Source of the DNA: Bacteroidia bacterium
Lineage (GTDB): Bacteria; Bacteroidota; Bacteroidia; AKYH767-A; OLB10
NCBI GenBank assembly: GCA_039931675.1
Contig: JBDTRM010000046.1
Span: forward strand, 310 to 64,309
Length of the DNA: 64,000 nucleotides
Direction: 5' to 3'
A program made the position numbers and the translations under genes. The notes below the pieces were generated by a model. That model did not search any database. It worked only from the letters and a program-made list of their open reading frames with translations, and had not been told where the DNA came from. Shown piece after piece: positions 1 through 9,776 of this stretch. Numbering within the stretch: the stretch's first letter is position 1; each line of letters begins with the position of its first letter.

Positions 1-5
1 TAAAT

Positions 6-281
6 TTGAATCTGCTGTTTAATAAAGCCGGCAGGGTGATTCATAAATACCAGGTAAATGAATTGAGCAAGGCGTTAGCACGCAATCCCGATTTGATTTC
101 AGGTATAGAAACAGTTAAATTTTATCTTAAAAAATTTGAAAGCGACTCACTTTTTCAGTTGTCTGATAAAGGAGATCTTGTTGCTGTAAAATATATTTCA
201 GGATTGAATCCGGCATTATATGCCAATGAGTTTTCAATCATGAGCAAAATAGTTTTCACCGTAACCAGCGCAGGCAAATAA
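6..281 (+). CDS. hypothetical protein (ORF opens at the window edge; may be the 3' part of a longer gene)
   Basis: 91-codon ORF abutting two co-directional genes; no family recognised. Confidence 0.3.
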   Translation: MNLLFNKAGRVIHKYQVNELSKALARNPDLISGIETVKFYLKKFESDSLFQLSDKGDLVAVKYISGLNPALYANEFSIMSKIVFTVTSAGK

Positions 282-285
282 CCCG

Positions 286-1233
286 ATGAGTATTCTCAAA
301 ACCATTTACAACGTATTCCATTCTACTTTTTTCAGACCTGATAAATTTTATTGCCGGGTTGATTTGGGCGGTGGAATAATTTATAAAGTATATGAACGAC
401 CCGGAAAATGGATGAAGGAAAAAGATTTAAAATCACTAACTAATGATATTCACACGATTGCCATTTCAGGTCAGGGGGAAAAAGAAATTCCTGATTATGG
501 TGTGTTAAAAGGAAATACTCACGACCTTAAAAACAGGGTCATCACGATTGGATATGAAAAAAAGACCGGCCGGCCGGTGGGCTTTGCTGCACAGATTTTT
601 TTAGACGTTCCGCTTGGATTACATGTAACAGAAGTGCTTCATTTAGGTTTAGTGTTTGTAGCAAAAGATTATCAGAAAAAATCTGTGCTGGGTATGTTGT
701 ACATATTACCCAATATTCTTTTGCTGATAAAAAGTGGATTCCGCCCTATCTGGATTTCGAATGTATCACAGGTGCCCTCGGTCATTGGTGTAGTTTCTGA
801 TTATTATGCCGAAGTTTATCCTGACCCTATTCATATCACAAAGCAAAGCCTGATGCAAAAAGCGTTAGCCGGTGGCATCATGCAAAATCACCGCAATGCT
901 TTTGGCACCGGTGATGATGCCATTTATGATGAGGAGAAACAAATAATTTACAACTCTTATACAGGAGGCTCTGATAATCTTAAAAAGAGCTTTGATGAGT
1001 CACCCAAATACCGGGTAGAAATTGTAAATGAGTTTTGCAAAGTAAATTTAGACTATGAGCGCGGAGATGATTTTTTGCAGATAGGTATTTTATCGGGAAA
1101 GCTGATTCAGAATTTTTTTGTTAAAAGAGTATCGGGTGTTTCAAGGCTCCAATGGTTTTTATATTTGTTTGTTGCGGGTATATTAACAGTTATGTTACCA
1201 ATTCTACAGTGGCTCACAAGGAAAAATAAATAA
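286..1233 (+). CDS. hypothetical protein with GNAT-like core and C-terminal TM helix
   Basis: 315 aa. The segment HLGLVFVAKDYQKKSVLGMLY resembles acetyltransferase motif A. Hydrophobic C-terminus. The stop is 1 nt before the next start, suggesting an operon. Confidence 0.5.
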   Translation: MSILKTIYNVFHSTFFRPDKFYCRVDLGGGIIYKVYERPGKWMKEKDLKSLTNDIHTIAISGQGEKEIPDYGVLKGNTHDLKNRVITIGYEKKTGRPVGFAAQIFLDVPLGLHVTEVLHLGLVFVAKDYQKKSVLGMLYILPNILLLIKSGFRPIWISNVSQVPSVIGVVSDYYAEVYPDPIHITKQSLMQKALAGGIMQNHRNAFGTGDDAIYDEEKQIIYNSYTGGSDNLKKSFDESPKYRVEIVNEFCKVNLDYERGDDFLQIGILSGKLIQNFFVKRVSGVSRLQWFLYLFVAGILTVMLPILQWLTRKNK

Positions 1234-1234
1234 T

Positions 1235-2104
1235 ATGGAAGCAGTTTTTACGTACGAAGAATTTACCACCCGCAATATTGGTTTTGTATCCGAAGCCGAG
1301 CAAAAGATTTTGAAAAATTTGCGGGTGTTCGTTCCGGGTGTTGGTGGTATGGGTGGTACGGCAGTGGCTTGCCTGGCGCGTGCAGGGGTTGAAAATTTTA
1401 TAATTGCCGATATTGATTATTTTGAAATTTCAAATTTGAACCGCCAGGTTTTTTCTTCAATGAACGTGATCGGAAAAGATAAAGCAACTGTTACAAAGGA
1501 AGTTCTTGAAAGCATCAACCCGCAAATTAAAGCAGAGCTTCGCAATAAAAACTGGGTAAATGAATTGGATGAAATTTTAAAGAAAACCGACATTGTAATT
1601 AATGGTTGTGATGATATAAAATCAACCATTCAACTGATGCGCAAATGCCGCGAATACAAATTGCCTGCAATAGATGCTTTTGCTTCGCCTCTTCCAAACG
1701 TATATGTGATAAGACCGGATGACCAAAGACCCGAAGAGGTTTTCGGTTTTCCCACTGTGAATTTACCGATGGATAAAATCACAAAGGAAATTGAAGGGCA
1801 ATGCCTGTTAAAAGAAGTTGAGCACATTGCAGTATATTCAAGCAGCTTAAATTATGTTGATCTGAAAATTGCAAAGGAAATAATGAACGGAACCCGTAAA
1901 AGAATTTCATTCTCACCAATGGTTTGGACAACAGGTTGCATGATGGCTTATGAAGTGGTAAGATTGGCTCTGAATAAAAAAGGCGGACCGGGAGTAAAAG
2001 GAATGTTCTTTAATCCCTGGACTTGTAATATCGAAAAACCACAAGGCTGGCTTACTTCATCTATACGGAGATTTTTTGTAAAAAGATTTTTGAGCAAAAT
2101 CTGA
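1235..2104 (+). CDS. ThiF/MoeB/HesA-family E1-like adenylyltransferase
   Basis: Rossmann motif VPGVGGMGG, then DxD...SNLNRQ typical of E1-like nucleotide-binding folds. Confidence 0.85.
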   Translation: MEAVFTYEEFTTRNIGFVSEAEQKILKNLRVFVPGVGGMGGTAVACLARAGVENFIIADIDYFEISNLNRQVFSSMNVIGKDKATVTKEVLESINPQIKAELRNKNWVNELDEILKKTDIVINGCDDIKSTIQLMRKCREYKLPAIDAFASPLPNVYVIRPDDQRPEEVFGFPTVNLPMDKITKEIEGQCLLKEVEHIAVYSSSLNYVDLKIAKEIMNGTRKRISFSPMVWTTGCMMAYEVVRLALNKKGGPGVKGMFFNPWTCNIEKPQGWLTSSIRRFFVKRFLSKI

Positions 2105-2211
2105 TATCATAATCATTACTTACTGGTTAAAAATGAGAATACATTTTTTATGTCATGCAACACGCAATGATAAAACTTTACATTTCCACTAAAAAAATTA
2201 ATCATTCAAAA

Positions 2212-3159
2212 ATGAAACATATCATTTTGATATTGTCCATTTTTTATTTTCAAAATGGAATTGGTCAGAATTTAATTTTAAACTATTCGTTTGAGGATAC
2301 AATACCGAAGGTAATAAATCCAAATTTAGGAGGACCTGAAGGTGCGCCCCCTTGGTTTACGCCTACATGTGGTTCATCGCCTGATTATTTAAGCGAAACT
2401 TATTATTATGGCATCACACCTAATGTGCCAATGAATGATTTTGGCTATCAATTTGCCAAAACAGGAGTTGCGTATTGTGGCTTTGTAACATTCGTTCCCT
2501 CTAATCCAGGGCACAGAGAAAAAATTTCTTACAAATTGGCTTCCCCATTAATTCAAAACCACAATTATTATTTTGGATTTTATGTAAGCTGTGGTGATTC
2601 TGAAAAGTATGCTACTGATAAGATGGGCGGATACTTTTCAGTGGACACTCCAGACTTTTGTCTGGGGTTTATATTTACTCCGCAAATTAATAATCCACCA
2701 GGAAATATTTTATCCGATACAGCTAATTGGGTTTTAGTTTCAGGTCAGTTTATTGCTCAAGGAGGAGAGCGTGTAATTTCAATCGGAAACTTTTTTCCTG
2801 ATAGTCAAACGCAATATGTAATCATTAATCCTAATGCTCCACCTAATTATTCTTTTGCATATTATTACATAGATGATGTTTCATTAATTGATTGCACAGC
2901 AGTGGGCATAAAAGAAAATGAACCATTGGCGTTTTCTTTTTCTCCAAACCCCTGTAATGGTTATTTGCTCTTAAGCACGATAGCGCAATTAAAAACATAC
3001 AACGTTTATAACACGTTAGGCGAAGAAATCCTTAGCGGTAGGTTTTCAGAAAATGTAAATTATAAAATAGATGTGGTTACCTTGCCAAAAGGTTTATATT
3101 TTTTAGTGGTAGAGGATAAGAATAAAATAAGAGGCATAAGAAAGTTTATAAAACAATAG
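2212..3159 (+). CDS. secreted protein with T9SS C-terminal sorting domain
   Basis: Signal peptide MKHIILILSIFYFQNGIGQ (internal Met chosen as start). C-terminus LPKGLYFLVVEDKNKIRGIRKFIKQ is typical of Por/T9SS type A tails. Confidence 0.7.
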   Translation: MKHIILILSIFYFQNGIGQNLILNYSFEDTIPKVINPNLGGPEGAPPWFTPTCGSSPDYLSETYYYGITPNVPMNDFGYQFAKTGVAYCGFVTFVPSNPGHREKISYKLASPLIQNHNYYFGFYVSCGDSEKYATDKMGGYFSVDTPDFCLGFIFTPQINNPPGNILSDTANWVLVSGQFIAQGGERVISIGNFFPDSQTQYVIINPNAPPNYSFAYYYIDDVSLIDCTAVGIKENEPLAFSFSPNPCNGYLLLSTIAQLKTYNVYNTLGEEILSGRFSENVNYKIDVVTLPKGLYFLVVEDKNKIRGIRKFIKQ

Positions 3160-3269
3160 AAGTTAATCCTATAAATCATGGTTCAGACAATTTTATTCTA
3201 AAAGCTGTGCTAATTTTATGGCTTTGCTAACGGTTTAATTATTTTTTGCAATTCAGTTAAATTTCAATG

Positions 3270-3452
3270 TCAGGCCAATTTTGTTGGATAAATATAACCA
3301 GTAGTTTCTTCCATCATTTTTAACGGACGTACTTCAATTCTCGCTATTGTGCTATTATATTCAAATTCAAGATTTCCTTTTGCAATCTCAATTGCTTCAT
3401 CAAGGCTGTTAGCAAGAATGTGGTAATAACCACCAATGATTTCAGTTGTTTC
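3270..3452 (-). pseudogene. start-less C-terminal fragment of a YciI-like protein
   Basis: Open frame ETTEIIGGYYHILANSLDEAIEIAKGNLEFEYNSTIARIEVRPL... with no start codon, out of frame with the upstream DUF190 gene. Confidence 0.3.
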
Positions 3453-3804
3453 ATTTTCCGGCTTTATACCTGATCACTTCTGCCTTCTCAATTGTAATAA
3501 GACCTCCTGATTTTGTTTGCTCAAATAAATGTTCAACAGTTTTACAGAACTCCCTGATTTTTTCTTCGGTGTCAACAATTTCAACAACTAAAGGCATGTC
3601 AGAAGAAATTTCAAAGAGCTTTGCTGTGTGAACTTTTGAGTTTGCACCAAATCCCATAATTCCTCTTGTAACTGTTGCACCTGAAAGCCCTTGTTTTTTG
3701 GCTTCAAACACTATAGTTTCATACAAAGGTTGTTGCCCTGCTTTATCATTCTCACCAATAAAGATGCGAAGGAGTTTTGCATTTAGATTGTTTTCCATTT
3801 TCAA
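3451..3804 (-). CDS. DUF190 domain protein (CrcB-associated)
   Basis: LRIFIGENDK...PLYE...GATVTRGIMGFG pattern; overlaps the crcB stop by 4 nt. Confidence 0.8.
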   Translation of the reverse strand: MKMENNLNAKLLRIFIGENDKAGQQPLYETIVFEAKKQGLSGATVTRGIMGFGANSKVHTAKLFEISSDMPLVVEIVDTEEKIREFCKTVEHLFEQTKSGGLITIEKAEVIRYKAGK

Positions 3805-4217
3805 AGAAATTTAATGATTGTGATGCCGGTTAATGTTGCAAGAAGTCCAAGCAAAATACTTGAGACAATGTAAATGGATGCATACCAGAATTGTCCATCG
3901 CGAAGCAACCCGACTGTTTCATTAGAGAATGCAGAGAAAGTGGTAAAGCCTCCAAGAACACCGGTGGCAAGAAAAAGCCGCCACTCCTGTGTCATATTAC
4001 CTCTTTCACTAATTGCAAATACAACACCGATCAGGAAACAACCGATGATGTTTACTCCTAAAGTGCCGAAAGGAAAAGTTGATAGAAACTTTGTTTGAAT
4101 GAATTGGGAAAGCAGGTACCTGGAAATTCCCCCGATAAAACTCCCTGTGCCGATTGCTAATATTAGTTTCATTTCTTTTTTTGAAGTTACATGATTTGCT
4201 GAATTAGCCTGCAACAT
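3801..4217 (-). CDS. crcB: fluoride ion channel CrcB/FluC
   Basis: Four-TM small protein with the GGFTTFSAFS motif. The true start may be the internal MKLILAIGTG at about 4172. Confidence 0.9.
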   Translation of the reverse strand: MLQANSANHVTSKKEMKLILAIGTGSFIGGISRYLLSQFIQTKFLSTFPFGTLGVNIIGCFLIGVVFAISERGNMTQEWRLFLATGVLGGFTTFSAFSNETVGLLRDGQFWYASIYIVSSILLGLLATLTGITIIKFL

Positions 4218-4330
4218 AAAAATTAATTTTTAGTTTTTTGATTTCATATCTTCAAAATGAAAAAACACGAGGATGTAACCCAATTTATAATACATTCGCG
4301 CCTCGAAAAAAAAGCTAAAAACAAATCACA

Positions 4331-4747
4331 ATGAGTAACATCACATTTACAATGCTAAAGCCCGATGCTATAGCGAACGGCCATCTGGGTAACATTTTGA
4401 ACGACATTATTAAAGACGGATTTAAAGTCAAAGCCATGAAATATTTATGGTTAACAACCGACCAGGCAGGAAAATTTTATGAGATTCATAAAGAGCGTCC
4501 ATTTTATAAAGACCTGGTAGCATACATGAGTTCAGGACCAATTGTGGCAGCTATTCTTGAAAAAGAAAATGCGGTGGAAGCATTTCGCAAACTGATTGGT
4601 GCAACTGATCCCACTAAAGCTCAGGAAGGAACCATTCGTAAAAAATATGCAAAATCAATAGAAGCCAATGCTATGCATGGCAGCGATAGCGATGCCAATG
4701 CAATTATAGAAGGAGGATTTTTCTTCTCGCAGTTTGAGCGATTTTAA
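4331..4747 (+). CDS. ndk: nucleoside diphosphate kinase
   Basis: TFTMLKPDA...GATDP...NAMHGSDS, canonical Ndk. Confidence 0.95.
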   Translation: MSNITFTMLKPDAIANGHLGNILNDIIKDGFKVKAMKYLWLTTDQAGKFYEIHKERPFYKDLVAYMSSGPIVAAILEKENAVEAFRKLIGATDPTKAQEGTIRKKYAKSIEANAMHGSDSDANAIIEGGFFFSQFERF

Positions 4748-4774
4748 AAACAGTACAGTCATTGAAAATAGGAA

Positions 4775-4828
4775 TGTCATCCTGAGCGAAGAGGCCGAGA
4801 GAACTGTCATCCTGAGCGAAGCGAAGGA
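4775..4828. repeat. direct repeat of TGTCATCCTGAGCGAAG (REP-like word)
   Basis: Two copies 30 bp apart (4775-4791, 4805-4821) between the convergent ndk and mntH. Confidence 0.8.
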
Positions 4829-4909
4829 ACTTTCTATGTAGGTAGTAAGTACTTCATTTGAAGAAAGATGTTTCGTTTCACTCAACAGGACAACTTTGTA
4901 AGCCACCTC

Positions 4910-6793
4910 TCATCTTACTATCAACACCGGAATATTTACTGCATGACGCACGGCATCCACTGTAGTGCCAAACACCATATCTTTTAATCCGCGGTGACCA
5001 TGCGCACCCATTACTAAAAGTTGAGCATTAAATTCTTTAACGAATTGCGGAATTACTTTTTTCGGATTTCCATAACCGATTGTTGATTCGCATTGGTAAC
5101 CTTTTGATATAAGGTAGTCGGCATATTTTTTAACGTTGGCTTTATCTGTGGCAGTTTCAAGGTCTTCAATATCCTTTCCCATTACCATTGCACCAACAGT
5201 TTCAACTGCATGTATAATTAAATAAACTGCCTGCTTACCTCCTGACTGCAATGCATGTTCAATTGTCTTTTCATCTGCTGCACTAAAATCAATAGCAATG
5301 GCAATGCGTTTATAAGCAGGTGAAATGGCTAATTCAAATTCTTTAAACCCGCCATGAGGCACAGTACTTTGTTTTTGTTTTGCCTTTGATATAAATGGTT
5401 TAAGCGAAATTGTAAGCAACATTATTCCTGCAAATATTAAAATCGGAATTACAATAAACTCAACAATGTATTTATACTCACCTGCTATTGCGAGCCACTC
5501 AATTGTTTGAGCATACACTAATTTAATATTGAGGCTTACAATGATCAGGGCACTTAGCCATGCCAGGATTTTTAATGCTGCACCTATTTTAAACTCGCCC
5601 ATTTTTTCTTTATCGCTTACAAAATGTATTAATGGTATTACAGCAAAGCCTAATTGCATACTAAGCAATACCTGTGAAAAAATTAGTAGCTTACCGGTAT
5701 AACTTTCGCCAAAATAATTAATGCAGATAAGTGCAGGAACAATGGCAATAATACGGGTAATCAATCTCCGTATCCACGGCTGTATGCGCAGGTTAAGATA
5801 TCCTTCCATCACAATTTGTCCTGCAAGCGTGCCGGTGATGGTAGAACTTTGTCCGGCCGCAATCAATGCAATTGCAAATAATATCGGTGCATATTGGGCA
5901 CCAAGCAATGGTGCTAATAGTTTATGTGCATCCTGAATTTCGGCAACTCCAAAAAGCCCGTTGGAGAAAAATGCTGCTGCTGCCAATATTAATATTGCTG
6001 CATTTACGAACAACGCAAGATTTAGTGCAATGGCAGAGTCAATAACATTATAGCGTATAGCGGCCCAGATAGATTTTGGCGTGCGCTCGAAGATTCGTGT
6101 TTGCACTAAAGATGAATGTAAATAAAGATTATGCGGCATTACTGTGGCTCCTATAATTCCTATAGCAATATAAAGCGCTTCATCATTTAGTTTGGAAGGA
6201 ATAAAACCCAATGCCACATCGCCAATAACCGGCTGAGCATACCACAGTTCAGCAACGAAGGCCAATCCTATAATAGTGATAAGGCCAATGATAAATGCTT
6301 CCATTTTACGAATGCCGAAGTTGAGCATGAATAAAAGCAAAAAGGTATCCAATACAGATATGGTTACACCCCACGTTAGCGGAATGTGGAACAGCAACTG
6401 CAATCCTATTGCCATGCCCAGCACCTCGGCAAGATCGCATGCGGCTATGGCAATTTCGGCAAGTATGTAGAGGAACATATTCGTAAATGGATGATACAAC
6501 TCACGCGAGGCCTGTGCAAGATCGCGGCCACGCACAATGCCTAAGCGCGCGCTTAAACTTTGCAGCAGCAGTGCCATCAGGTTTGACATAAGTAATACCC
6601 AAAGCAAGGTGTAACCGAATTTGCTTCCACCGGCAAGATCGGTGGCCCAGTTACCGGGATCCATATAACCAACGCTTACTAAATATGCCGGCCCGAAAAA
6701 TGCAAATATGCGTTTCCATTTACTGCCCGGTAATTTTGTTTCCACAGAAGCATTTACTTCTGCAAGGGATATTGATTTGCTTTGTGATTTCAT
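4910..6793 (-). CDS. mntH: Nramp-family divalent metal (Mn2+) transporter fused to a C-terminal universal stress protein domain
   Basis: N-terminal GPAYLVSVGYMDPGNWATDL Nramp signature and multi-TM body. The last ~140 aa (IAIAIDFS...LLVMGAHGHRGLKDMVFGTTVDAVRH) form a UspA fold. Confidence 0.9.
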   Translation of the reverse strand: MKSQSKSISLAEVNASVETKLPGSKWKRIFAFFGPAYLVSVGYMDPGNWATDLAGGSKFGYTLLWVLLMSNLMALLLQSLSARLGIVRGRDLAQASRELYHPFTNMFLYILAEIAIAACDLAEVLGMAIGLQLLFHIPLTWGVTISVLDTFLLLFMLNFGIRKMEAFIIGLITIIGLAFVAELWYAQPVIGDVALGFIPSKLNDEALYIAIGIIGATVMPHNLYLHSSLVQTRIFERTPKSIWAAIRYNVIDSAIALNLALFVNAAILILAAAAFFSNGLFGVAEIQDAHKLLAPLLGAQYAPILFAIALIAAGQSSTITGTLAGQIVMEGYLNLRIQPWIRRLITRIIAIVPALICINYFGESYTGKLLIFSQVLLSMQLGFAVIPLIHFVSDKEKMGEFKIGAALKILAWLSALIIVSLNIKLVYAQTIEWLAIAGEYKYIVEFIVIPILIFAGIMLLTISLKPFISKAKQKQSTVPHGGFKEFELAISPAYKRIAIAIDFSAADEKTIEHALQSGGKQAVYLIIHAVETVGAMVMGKDIEDLETATDKANVKKYADYLISKGYQCESTIGYGNPKKVIPQFVKEFNAQLLVMGAHGHRGLKDMVFGTTVDAVRHAVNIPVLIVR

Positions 6794-6794
6794 G

Positions 6795-7457
6795 CTATTG
6801 TATTTTAATCAGCAGGTTTGCAGCTACAGTGCTGCTTACATGCAGGGTTTGATTTTTATTTATGGAGAGGTTTAAAGAATTGTCGTATTCATTCCTGTCA
6901 ATCACTTTCAGTTTACAACCGATGTTAAGCTGATGTTTTTCAAGATATTTAAGAAAAGCGTCTGAGTGATCAACTACGGCAGTTACGGTTCCGCTTTGTC
7001 CCTTCTTTAGTTCCTCTAAAGGTATAAGGGGCAACTTTTGTATTTTACCATTTGCATCAGGTATGGGATCGCCATGCGGATCAAATTTAGGGTAGCCTAA
7101 AAAATGATCTAACCTGTTTATGAGATCATCAGAAACCACGTGCTCCATTTGCTCAGCAATTACGTGTACCTCATTCCATTTAAAACCTAATGTTTTAACT
7201 AAGAAGAGTTCCCACAGCCTGTGCCTCCTGATTACATTAAGCGCTACTTTATTTCCCTTGTCAGTCATTTGCACACCGCGATACTTTTCATGCTTCAGGT
7301 ATTTCTTCAGTGCGAGTTTCCTTATCATGTCATTGGCCGATGAAGCCTTGGTGCTTAGTGCCGCTGCAATATCATTGGTGGTAACGGTATCAGTTGTTTT
7401 TTCTGACAGTTTGTAAATAGCTTTAAGATAATTCTCTATAGTATAGGAATTTTCCAT
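6795..7457 (-). CDS. mntR: DtxR/MntR-family metal-dependent transcriptional repressor with C-terminal FeoA/SH3-like domain
   Basis: N-terminal winged helix (ENYLKAIYKL...), metal-binding/dimerisation region (RRHRLWELFL...EQMEHV); immediately upstream of mntH (1-nt gap). Confidence 0.75.
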   Translation of the reverse strand: MENSYTIENYLKAIYKLSEKTTDTVTTNDIAAALSTKASSANDMIRKLALKKYLKHEKYRGVQMTDKGNKVALNVIRRHRLWELFLVKTLGFKWNEVHVIAEQMEHVVSDDLINRLDHFLGYPKFDPHGDPIPDANGKIQKLPLIPLEELKKGQSGTVTAVVDHSDAFLKYLEKHQLNIGCKLKVIDRNEYDNSLNLSINKNQTLHVSSTVAANLLIKIQ

Positions 7458-7495
7458 GATGGGTATAAAATATTTTCGGCAAATATAATTTTAAA

Positions 7496-7511
7496 TTTAG
7501 ATTAGTCTAAA
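7496..7511. promoter_or_regulatory. candidate DtxR/MntR operator (palindrome TTTAGAttagTCTAAA)
   Basis: Perfect 6-4-6 inverted repeat about 40 bp upstream of the mntR start. The core TTAGTCTAA resembles the centre of the DtxR box (TTAGCCTAA). Confidence 0.4.
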
Positions 7512-7648
7512 ATAAATTTAAGATTTATAATTTGTGTCTAAGCACATTTCAAAAGCGGGTTGTTTATAAATTGAGAAAAGTATTTTAATGATAAAGCGAA
7601 ATTTTATAAATTTAGCAACCGGATTATTAACCACAAACAGAATTTATT

Positions 7649-8605
7649 ATGAAGAAATTACTTAAAGTTTTATTAGGAATTATTATTGTAATTGTTGTAT
7701 TGGCGGGCACAGCCGCTGCTGTTATTGCTATTCGCGGCATTCCACATTATGAACCGCAAAAGGTTGAAGTTAAAGTGGAGATAACACCTCAACGTGTGGA
7801 GCAAGGCTTAAAGTTAGCCACGCATCTTTGCCTTGCCTGTCATGTACCACTGAATGGGGTGCAAATGAGTGGCCGCGAATTAAATGACGTGCCTGAAGAA
7901 TTTGGTACTGCATATTCTTCCAACATCACCAAAGATCCTGATCATGGAATTGGCAAATGGACTGACGGAGAACTCATTTATTTTTTACGGACGGGAGTAA
8001 AGCCAAACGGAGATTTTGCTCCTCCCTGGATGCCAAAATTTGCTCACATGAGTGAAGAAGATTTATTTTCAATCATATCCTACCTGAGGTCAGATCACCC
8101 AACAGTGCAACCTTCAACAGCTGTTTCTGTTAAATGCGAACCGTCTTTCTTAACCAAGTTTCTTTGCCAGTTTGCATTCAAGCCGTTGGCTTATCCTAAA
8201 GAAGAGATTAAAACTCCTGATACTACAGATCTTGCAGTTTACGGCCATTATCTTGTTGCCGGGCGTTACGATTGCTATCCATGCCATAGTGCGAATTTTA
8301 AAACCATCAATATAAATGAACCTGACAAGACGCCCGGATTTCTTGGTGGTGGTAATACGCTGATGGATAACGAGAGAAGAAAAATTCATTCCGCTAATAT
8401 TACTACGGACCAGGAAACCGGAATAGGCAGTTGGACATTCGAACAATTTTCAGATGCTTTGCGTTACGGTAAAAAAGGTGAAACAGGTTTGCGTTATCCA
8501 ATGATGCCTTATACTCGCTTAGACGATACTGAAGTAAAAGCAATATGGGCTTATCTTCAAACAGTATCTAAGATTAAGAATAAAGTTGACAGGACGCTTT
8601 TTTAA
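7649..8605 (+). CDS. membrane-anchored dihaem c-type cytochrome
   Basis: N-terminal TM helix; two CxxCH motifs (CLACH, CYPCH). Confidence 0.75.
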   Translation: MKKLLKVLLGIIIVIVVLAGTAAAVIAIRGIPHYEPQKVEVKVEITPQRVEQGLKLATHLCLACHVPLNGVQMSGRELNDVPEEFGTAYSSNITKDPDHGIGKWTDGELIYFLRTGVKPNGDFAPPWMPKFAHMSEEDLFSIISYLRSDHPTVQPSTAVSVKCEPSFLTKFLCQFAFKPLAYPKEEIKTPDTTDLAVYGHYLVAGRYDCYPCHSANFKTININEPDKTPGFLGGGNTLMDNERRKIHSANITTDQETGIGSWTFEQFSDALRYGKKGETGLRYPMMPYTRLDDTEVKAIWAYLQTVSKIKNKVDRTLF

Positions 8606-8693
8606 TTGAATGTTTAATGTTGAATTTCGAATAATGACAAATGAAATACCATAGACTTCAAAATTGGCTATTCATCATTTGAATTTTTTAATA

Positions 8694-9596
8694 ATGAATA
8701 AAAAAATCTTGATTATTATTTGCGGACCCACTGCTGTTGGTAAAACAGATGTTAGCATTGCTGTTGCAAAACATCTTGGTGCGGAAATAATTTCATTTGA
8801 CTCACGACAATTTTTTGTTGAAACTAATATAGGCACAGCTAAGCCTGATGCAGAGCAGCTTGCCGCAGTGAAACATCATTTCATTAACTCGCATCATGTG
8901 TGGGAACATTTCAGCGCAGGCGAATTTGCTGATGCCTGTTTGGCTTTGCTCAATGCATCTGAAAATAAACAGCAACAATTTGTTATGGTTGGTGGTTCAG
9001 GATTATACATTGATGCATTGGTAAATGGCATGGATGATTTGCCCGGCAAGGATGAACCTATACGCCAACAGTTAGACCAACTGTATGATGAAAAGGGGAT
9101 AGGAGCGCTACAGGAAAAATTAAAAGCGTTTGATGAAAAATATTATAACACAGTTGATCTTAATAATAAGCAACGGCTGATGCGTGCATTAGAAGTGATA
9201 CAATTAAGCGGCAAACCTTATTCATCATTTCTTGGTAACAGCCAACATGCATTTAATTTTATACCGGTTTACATCGCGCTTGATCTCAATCGCGATGAGT
9301 TGTATAAAAGAATTAATAACAGGGTGGACACCATGATGCAAGGCGGGCTTAAAGAAGAATGTATTCGCTTAATGGAATACAAAACATGCAATGCTTTGAA
9401 GACGGTTGGTTACAAGGAAATGTTCGAACACATTGAAGGAAAATATTCTCTTGATGAAGCAGTTACATTAATCAAGCAACATACCCGCAACTATGCAAAG
9501 CGACAGCTAACCTGGTTCAGAAAAAATAAAAACTTCAAGTGGTTTAACCCTGATGATTTGAATGCGATTATTAGTCATGTTGATAGTAACCCATAA
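8694..9596 (+). CDS. miaA: tRNA dimethylallyltransferase
   Basis: P-loop ICGPTAVGKT, ...SRQ..., QLTWFRK; start placed at MNKKILII. Confidence 0.9.
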   Translation: MNKKILIIICGPTAVGKTDVSIAVAKHLGAEIISFDSRQFFVETNIGTAKPDAEQLAAVKHHFINSHHVWEHFSAGEFADACLALLNASENKQQQFVMVGGSGLYIDALVNGMDDLPGKDEPIRQQLDQLYDEKGIGALQEKLKAFDEKYYNTVDLNNKQRLMRALEVIQLSGKPYSSFLGNSQHAFNFIPVYIALDLNRDELYKRINNRVDTMMQGGLKEECIRLMEYKTCNALKTVGYKEMFEHIEGKYSLDEAVTLIKQHTRNYAKRQLTWFRKNKNFKWFNPDDLNAIISHVDSNP

Positions 9597-9776
9597 TGCT
9601 TGTTCTGTTCCGGGATGGTATCCCGTTTTACACGTATAGACCAACAAGGCAAATATTTCCAGATAATAGTTCACACCATAAACATTATGGTTATTGATGC
9701 ATGTATATTTGATAACTTTTCGATTATGTTTGTGATTAAAATAAGATGTTAGCGGATTTACAAAACAACTACGGCA

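Noticed and set aside
4218-4330. Possible fluoride (crcB-motif) riboswitch upstream of crcB
   Set aside because: The - strand leader reads ...GAGGCGCGAAUGUAUUAUAAAUUGGGUUACAUCCUCGUG.... It lacks the GGCGA...UCGCC P1 helix, the AAACGC linker and the CUAAUGAnnCCUAC pseudoknot segment of the consensus as I recall it. Only a loose 5-bp CGAGG/CCUCG pairing is present.
5721-7416. + strand ORFs inside mntH and mntR (5721..5936, 6276..6470, 7120..7416)
   Set aside because: These are shadow ORFs antisense to genes with strong family signatures. The same applies to the internal or antisense ORFs in the adhesin (18421, 19318, 19664), ffh (58588-59673), the 55443 gene, the TPR-MORN gene (29521-31825) and the transglutaminase pair.
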